From: Candidatus Delongbacteria bacterium
Lineage (GTDB): Bacteria > UBA4055
NCBI GenBank assembly: GCA_016937995.1
Contig: JAFGVM010000025.1
Span: 1-42,517 of the forward strand
Direction of reading: 5' to 3'
Length of the DNA: 42,517 nucleotides
Both the position numbers and the translations under genes were made by a program. Positions 37,121 to 42,517 of the stretch are shown here, in pieces (positions within the stretch are counted from its first letter, which is position 1; every line of letters starts with the position of its first letter). The notes beneath the pieces are model-generated. The model saw nothing but the letters and a program-made list of their open reading frames with translations. It did not search any database and was not told the DNA's origin.

Positions 37121-37765
37121 TTAGATCTTTAAATATTTACTTTCATCAACACCTTCTTCTATCTCTTTAAAGATAGTGCTGATGTGCTCATTGTTCTCAA
37201 GGTTCAGTCCTTCAATATTAATGATAAGCAATGGACAATCCCTGAACCTTTCAAAAAAATAATGATAACCCTTATTCAAACCTTCAATATATTCCTCATT
37301 TACATCTTTTTCTACTGCACGGTTTCTCTTTTTTATGTTCTTATAAAGCAAGTTTGCATGAGGTGAGTGAAGATATATTACCAGATCAGGTAATTTTATC
37401 TTTGGGTTCATTACTTTTAATATCTGGTTATATAATGATAAATTTCTGTCGTCCAGATTGTATGAAGCATAGATCTGGTCTTTGTTGAAGATATAATTTG
37501 TAACAAGATTCTGCTGGAAAAGGTCACCGTAAGGTAGGTCCATCTGCTGTTGGTATCTTCTGGTCAGGTAGAATAATTGTAACGGTAAGGCCTGGGTTTC
37601 AGGATCATGGTAAAAATCTTTCAAAAATGAATTTGAATAATACACATCCTCTATCAATTTTGCATTCAACCATTTTGATAATTTTTTTGCCAGCAGATTC
37701 TTTCCGCTTCCGGGTACACCTTCTACTGCTATATATATCTGGTCTAAATTAAATTTCATCGTCAA
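37121..37765 (-). CDS. Deoxynucleoside kinase family protein
   Basis: 'YIAVEGVPGSGKN', 'FLKDFY', 'QLFYLTRRYQQ', 'PDLVIYL', 'IKKRNRAVE'; adjacent to folK. Confidence 0.85.
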   Translation of the reverse strand: MTMKFNLDQIYIAVEGVPGSGKNLLAKKLSKWLNAKLIEDVYYSNSFLKDFYHDPETQALPLQLFYLTRRYQQQMDLPYGDLFQQNLVTNYIFNKDQIYASYNLDDRNLSLYNQILKVMNPKIKLPDLVIYLHSPHANLLYKNIKKRNRAVEKDVNEEYIEGLNKGYHYFFERFRDCPLLIINIEGLNLENNEHISTIFKEIEEGVDESKYLKI

Positions 37766-38276
37766 GCCTGAATAATTTCTTTACTAAAGTGTTATCTTTG
37801 CACTCGTCCAGTGTCTCTCTTACAGTTCTGTTATCCCTGAACATGAAGTCCGGTTCTATCTCTGCTAAAGGGATAAGTACGAATTTTCTGTTCATATATT
37901 CCTTATGTGGAATAATTAAACTTTCATTGTCTATCTTTTGATCGTTGAAAGTTACGATATCTATGTCGATAGTTCGAGGAGAATTTTTAAATTCTCTCAC
38001 TCTTCCCAGTTCTGTTTCTATTTTATGTATCTCTGATAGTAGCTTATAAGGTTCTTTGGAATATTCTGTTGTTAGAATAATGTTGTAGAAATTATCCTGA
38101 TCTTTAAAACCGACCGGTTCTGTTTCATAGATAGATGATATCTTTAATATTTCAAGACCTGCAGAATTTAAACCTATTATTGCTTTTCTTAGATTTTCCT
38201 GCCTGTTCCCGATATTACTTCCCAAAGATAGAACAACCACATTCAACTTCTTACTTCTTGAATTAAGTTTGATCAA
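37749..38276 (-). CDS. folK: 6-hydroxymethyl-7,8-dihydropterin pyrophosphokinase
   Basis: 'LSLGSNIG', 'SSIYETEPVG', 'IETELGR', 'PRTIDIDI', 'IPH', 'RKFVLIPL'. The start may be TTG 38246. Confidence 0.95.
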   Translation of the reverse strand: MIKLNSRSKKLNVVVLSLGSNIGNRQENLRKAIIGLNSAGLEILKISSIYETEPVGFKDQDNFYNIILTTEYSKEPYKLLSEIHKIETELGRVREFKNSPRTIDIDIVTFNDQKIDNESLIIPHKEYMNRKFVLIPLAEIEPDFMFRDNRTVRETLDECKDNTLVKKLFRLDDEI

Positions 38277-38409
38277 CTGCTTATTTTACCTAAGTTCAAT
38301 ATATATTTTTAATAGTGTAAAGGCAAGATTATTAGGAGGGAAAATCAATGAAATGTAATATGTGGAAATGGAATGTTAAAGCATTCGGACCCATAGATGA
38401 TAAAGTCAG

Positions 38410-38523
38410 TGCTTTTTTGCCAATGTTGTGGAAGTATGCACAACGGTCATGGAAAAAAGCAGTGGGGTAAATAGCGATATGAATTCACCAAGTACCCCAT
38501 CGATATTTTGCCAATGTTAGCCC
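38410..38523. repeat. attC-like imperfect palindrome plus a duplicated right half-site
   Basis: TTTTGCCAATGTT occurs twice (~38415-38427 and ~38506-38518); 38438-38522 folds as CAAC..TGGAAAAAAGCAGTGGGGTA / TACCCCATCGATATTTTGCCA..GTTAG. Confidence 0.45.
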
Positions 38524-38926
38524 TTGTTTATTTTTCTTTTTCTTAATAGTTTGCTCTTCAATCCCTATGTGTCAATTTACAATTATCTGCATTTAAAGTA
38601 AAGTAATTGTTTAGTAGTTAATTTAATTCTTCGATCTTCAATCAATAAACTGATGTTGCAATTATTACTTTAATTCAAAAAGTAATTAATTATTTTCTTG
38701 CTATTTGATTTTTTTTTCTTTATATATGTAATGATGCAATTAGGGTTACTCTATTTTTTTTAAGATGTAAATATTGATGAAGTGAATGTGAAGACTTAAT
38801 AAGTCGTTGATGATAGCTGAAAGTAAAAGATTAATGTAGGGAATGTAAAAAATTATACTCCCCAAACATATAGAAAATTCTAAATTATCGAAGTTAGATA
38901 GAATAATATTATAATTGAGGTTAACA

Positions 38927-40366
38927 TTGAAAATTTTCAAGAAAATGTGTATAATTCTAATTATTATTAGTGCTTGCTACTCTGATGAATATATTGTGCC
39001 TATGAAGCCAGCATCTGTAGATGTCGCAGATATTGATTTTGATGGTGATCTAGATATTGTGATTGGACATCATTATAGTAATGATTGGTCAGGAATAACA
39101 ACTTTATCTAATAATGGTAAGGGTATATTTTCTGTTATAGATTCTTTTTATTTTGGGGGTAGCCATGGTTCCTTACATCTGTTAGACTTAGACAAAGACA
39201 ATAACTACGACATTATAACTGAATATTATGATGATGTTGAAAATGTTGGCATAGGTATTCTATTTGATTTTTACAATAATCTACATGAAAGTCATTATTT
39301 TTTAGACAATGGTGCAAGTAATTTTAAATTATGTGATATAGATGATGACAGCAATATAGATGTTACTTTTTGTAGTAATCCATATTTTTTTTGGGGATAT
39401 ATTAAAAATGACGGTGATGGAATATTTACCTCTCCAGTCTATTACAATTTAGATTATCCACCTCAAGATTTGGAAATTGGTGATTTGAATAATGATGGAA
39501 GGGAGGATATACTTATAGGGGGACAACTGGATTCGTGGTTGAACTATGATACTGGACTAGAGTATCATGAAATACCTGATTCAATTCATGCTAATACAAT
39601 AAAAGTGGCTGATATTGACAATGACCTTGATAACGATATTATCGGTTCTGTATGGTATATGCCTGGAACTTCTAAAAAGTTGGTAATTTACACTAATGAT
39701 GGAAGTGGGAACTTTGAATTAACATATTCTAAATGGATAGATGAAGCACTTACAGAAATGTTTATTTCAGACCTTAACAAAGATGATTATCCAGAAATAA
39801 TTTACAATGTGTCTTATTCGTATCCTAACTCAGATTATGAATTATTTCATACTTATATTTTATTTAACAACCAAGATGGCACCTTCCGAGATCCTATTGA
39901 CTATTATACAGGTATCTGTTCTCATAAATCTTTTGTTGCTGACTTAGATGGCAATGGAAGAAATGATATTATTACTCTAAATTATGACTTTTATAATCCA
40001 CCACCGTCAAGAGGTACTATACATATACTGTTTCAAGATAGTCTTGGTGGTTTTGTCGAAGAATCTCAAACATCAATTGACAATGGACAATTGATAATGG
40101 ACAATTATGAACTGTCTCAAAATTACCCTAATCCGTTTAATAATCAGACAAATATTCAATATCAACTTAAGAGTGTTTCTAAAATTGAAATAAACATCTT
40201 TAATCCAAATGGACAATTTGTTCGAAGTTTGGTAAATGAAAAAATGGGAAAGGGAAATCATTCAGTGATGTTTGATGCTAATAATTTAAATTCGGGAATC
40301 TATTATTATCAACTGAAGATTGATGGGAAGGTTATGAAAACGAAAAAGATGTTGTATCTAAGATAA
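38927..40366 (+). CDS. Secreted FG-GAP/VCBS-repeat protein with C-terminal T9SS-A/FlgD-like sorting domain
   Basis: About 7 repeats of the type 'ADIDFDGDLDIV', 'GDLNNDGREDIL', 'ADLDGNGRNDII'; C-terminal 'YELSQNYPNPFN...SGIYYYQL...KKMLYLR'; TTG 38927 has RBS GAGGT. Confidence 0.88.
   Translation: MKIFKKMCIILIIISACYSDEYIVPMKPASVDVADIDFDGDLDIVIGHHYSNDWSGITTLSNNGKGIFSVIDSFYFGGSHGSLHLLDLDKDNNYDIITEYYDDVENVGIGILFDFYNNLHESHYFLDNGASNFKLCDIDDDSNIDVTFCSNPYFFWGYIKNDGDGIFTSPVYYNLDYPPQDLEIGDLNNDGREDILIGGQLDSWLNYDTGLEYHEIPDSIHANTIKVADIDNDLDNDIIGSVWYMPGTSKKLVIYTNDGSGNFELTYSKWIDEALTEMFISDLNKDDYPEIIYNVSYSYPNSDYELFHTYILFNNQDGTFRDPIDYYTGICSHKSFVADLDGNGRNDIITLNYDFYNPPPSRGTIHILFQDSLGGFVEESQTSIDNGQLIMDNYELSQNYPNPFNNQTNIQYQLKSVSKIEINIFNPNGQFVRSLVNEKMGKGNHSVMFDANNLNSGIYYYQLKIDGKVMKTKKMLYLR
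40074..40108 (+). repeat. Heptamer tandem repeat inside the coding linker
   Basis: CAATTGA-CAATGGA-CAATTGA-TAATGGA-CAATTAT encoding S-I-D-N-G-Q-L-I-M-D-N-Y. Confidence 0.7.
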
Positions 40367-40471
40367 CAGATCTATTGAAAAGCAGAATTTAAAATGTTCC
40401 GGAAATGAAAATGAAAATGAAAATATTACTCTTAGACACACGTGACGAATAAAAATAAATTGGAGGTTGAA

Positions 40472-42517
40472 ATGGGATTAAACAAAGCAAAAGTAATGTT
40501 ATTAGTGTTGATGGTAAGTTCCCTTACGGCTATGCTATACGCGGGAGTAACAGGAGAAGATGCTAAAAATATGATATTAAACCAAATACTAGCAGAAGAA
40601 ATTGGGAGTGTAAATGTATTTAGTTTTAATGATGTAAAAACTAAACAAGATTATATAGAAATATCTGACAGACAATTATCGTGTCCCTATCAGCTTAATT
40701 GGGTGTTTTTCGTTGATGATGATATCTATGCCAATTGGGGACACCCTTGTAGATATATATTTATCAATAAAGAAAATGGGGATTACCAAATTATTAATGA
40801 GACATTACCACCTCTAAATACACGTAGCTTTGAAAATATATCTAAAGTTAATTTTACAAGAGAAAATAAACTTAAGACAGATTATGACGTGACTATACCT
40901 ACAGGAAAAGCTCCTGATGATCACAAATTTGCTGTGATCATCAATGGAGGATATAATAACTATTGGAATAGGATTCGTTACTGGAATGATACGTCCGCTA
41001 TCTATTGTACTCTCACACAGGTTTATGGTTACAAACCTGACAATATACATGTACACTCAACAAATGGCACAGTTGATTCAAACTATGGATCTTTAGATTT
41101 AGATGGTCCCGATGTAAGACCAAATTCAGTTGATATTCGTTATCCAGCTTTCAAGTCAAATATAAGAGATACTTTTGAATCATTAGCACATGAAATAGGA
41201 CCAGATGATCAACTATTTGTGTATGTAACTGATCATGGAGATATTCAGAATCGGATAGTATTATGGGGTACCGAAACAATATCAGCTCCAGAACTAGATG
41301 ATATGTTAGACCCAATAAAGGCATCTGAGATTATTGTTGTAATGGAGCAATGTTATGGAGGAGGATTTATAACCAATAATGATAATATAACTGATCCACA
41401 TAGAGTTATTCATACTGCTACAAGTGCTACTAAACTTTCATGGGTTGAAGGATGGATTACAGGTTTTGAATATGATGAGTTTGTATTTTATTGGACATCC
41501 GCTGCAAGAGGTTTTTATCCGGGTAATCATCCTTATTCCCCAGGCTATTATACAGTAGGTAATTTCCCATTCAGAGATATTGGAATAGTTGAATTTAATG
41601 ATCATCCACTTGATTACGATCCTGATGATCAACTCTATGGTGGTAATGGAGATGGATTTGTTCAAATGGAAGAGGCATTTGCATATGCTGATAATTTTGA
41701 TACTTGGTCAGGATTAGAGAATCCTGACGACAACTATTATAAACCAATTAGTGATGACCTCAGACATGAAATTCCAGTATCGTTTAATGATATTGGTTTT
41801 AATGAGGATTTACTAAGTCTAAACGGGTTGTGTGGCAATGTTACGAAATCAAATACTATTTCGGGTAATTATCTTATAAATCCAGATTTGGCATTAAGTA
41901 GCTATGTTTCTTTAACAGTGGGTCAGAATTCGTTACTATACAATAATGGTATTTTCACACTGGCAGCAAATTCTACTTTGTACCATGAAAGTAATTCAGA
42001 ATTAATATTGTTAGATGAATCAGTGTTGATTATAGATTTTGAATCGGAACTAATTTTTGCAGAAGATTCTAAGATTCTGGTTGAAGGAAATGCAAAAATT
42101 ATTGGGGATATTCAAATGGCAGATGGAGTAAATATTGTTATCCAGGAAAATTCTACTTTAAATCTACAACTTAGTAACCTAGCAATACTGCCAAATTCTA
42201 CATTAAAACTAGCAAAAAATTCAAAACTTGTTATAGGTAACGGTACTGAATTAATTGTCAATGATGGAGCGATAATAGAACTAGCAGAAGGTGCAGAGAT
42301 AATTGTGATGAATAAAGGAAAGCTCGAAGCCGACGGAACTACATTTTCTTATGTTGACGGTTCTGGAAATTGGCAAGGTATTATCGCTGAAGTTGGTAGT
42401 AGTGTCATTTTATCAAATACAAATATCAGCAATGCAGTTTGTGGTTTAAATGCATCAGCTTCAAATGTGAATGTTACAAGTTCATCTTTTACTGACTGTG
42501 AGAATGGAGTATCTCTA
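40472..42517 (+). CDS. Secreted clan CD (C13 legumain/caspase-like) cysteine peptidase with beta-helix region; 3' truncated, not in ORF track
   Basis: RBS GGAGGT, ATG 40472, open to the window end (682 codons). Signal peptide; 'KFAVIINGG', 'RYWND', 'LFVYVTDHG' (His 41234-41236), 'VVMEQCYGGGF' (Cys 41351-41353); then repetitive beta-strand pattern and 'WQGI'. Confidence 0.85.
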   Translation, partial: MGLNKAKVMLLVLMVSSLTAMLYAGVTGEDAKNMILNQILAEEIGSVNVFSFNDVKTKQDYIEISDRQLSCPYQLNWVFFVDDDIYANWGHPCRYIFINKENGDYQIINETLPPLNTRSFENISKVNFTRENKLKTDYDVTIPTGKAPDDHKFAVIINGGYNNYWNRIRYWNDTSAIYCTLTQVYGYKPDNIHVHSTNGTVDSNYGSLDLDGPDVRPNSVDIRYPAFKSNIRDTFESLAHEIGPDDQLFVYVTDHGDIQNRIVLWGTETISAPELDDMLDPIKASEIIVVMEQCYGGGFITNNDNITDPHRVIHTATSATKLSWVEGWITGFEYDEFVFYWTSAARGFYPGNHPYSPGYYTVGNFPFRDIGIVEFNDHPLDYDPDDQLYGGNGDGFVQMEEAFAYADNFDTWSGLENPDDNYYKPISDDLRHEIPVSFNDIGFNEDLLSLNGLCGNVTKSNTISGNYLINPDLALSSYVSLTVGQNSLLYNNGIFTLAANSTLYHESNSELILLDESVLIIDFESELIFAEDSKILVEGNAKIIGDIQMADGVNIVIQENSTLNLQLSNLAILPNSTLKLAKNSKLVIGNGTELIVNDGAIIELAEGAEIIVMNKGKLEADGTTFSYVDGSGNWQGIIAEVGSSVILSNTNISNAVCGLNASASNVNVTSSSFTDCENGVSL

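Noticed and set aside
40404-40451. (ATGAAA)x3 mini-ORF MKMKMKILLLDTRDE
   Set aside because: Only 15 codons, no clear RBS, low complexity; cannot be supported as a gene.

Overview
Low-GC bacterial chromosomal segment made mostly of housekeeping genes. The gene style (C-terminal 'YELSQNYPNPFN' sorting domain, pheST-zapA-rny-ymdB order, DUF4175-like protein) suggests an FCB-superphylum or candidate-phylum organism; this taxonomy is inference. Layout: (1) 1-5.5 kb has a P-type ATPase 3' end, hypotheticals, a DUF1893/ECF-S/Fe-S aldo-keto reductase module and hutI, with spacers full of short palindromic REP-like elements. (2) 5.8-7.6 kb is a redox cluster (two thioredoxins, OsmC, ArsR). (3) 7.7-17.8 kb is a minus-strand run: tRNA-Gly/Cys/Leu, pheS, pheT, ZapB-like, zapA, 6S RNA, rny, ymdB, serpin, membrane protein, selU. 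(4) 17.9-33.6 kb is a tightly packed plus-strand run: Ser/Thr kinase-STAND-TPR, DUF4175-like, a catalytically degenerate 5'-nucleotidase lipoprotein, a hybrid histidine kinase, lipA (apparent CTG start), a degenerate McsB-like protein, CvpA, eno, YdbC. (5) 33.6-38.3 kb is minus strand: folK, deoxynucleoside kinase, an unlisted 56-aa ORF, GAF-HD-GYP, a lipoprotein, rsmB. (6) From 38.3 kb: an attC-like palindrome, a secreted FG-GAP protein and an unlisted, truncated C13/caspase-fold protease. The best candidate for an undescribed system is the pseudo-5'-nucleotidase lipoprotein plus hybrid kinase pair (possible extracytoplasmic nucleotide sensor). No CRISPR array, integrase, transposase or phage gene was seen. 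All calls come from motif reading by eye; no searches were run.
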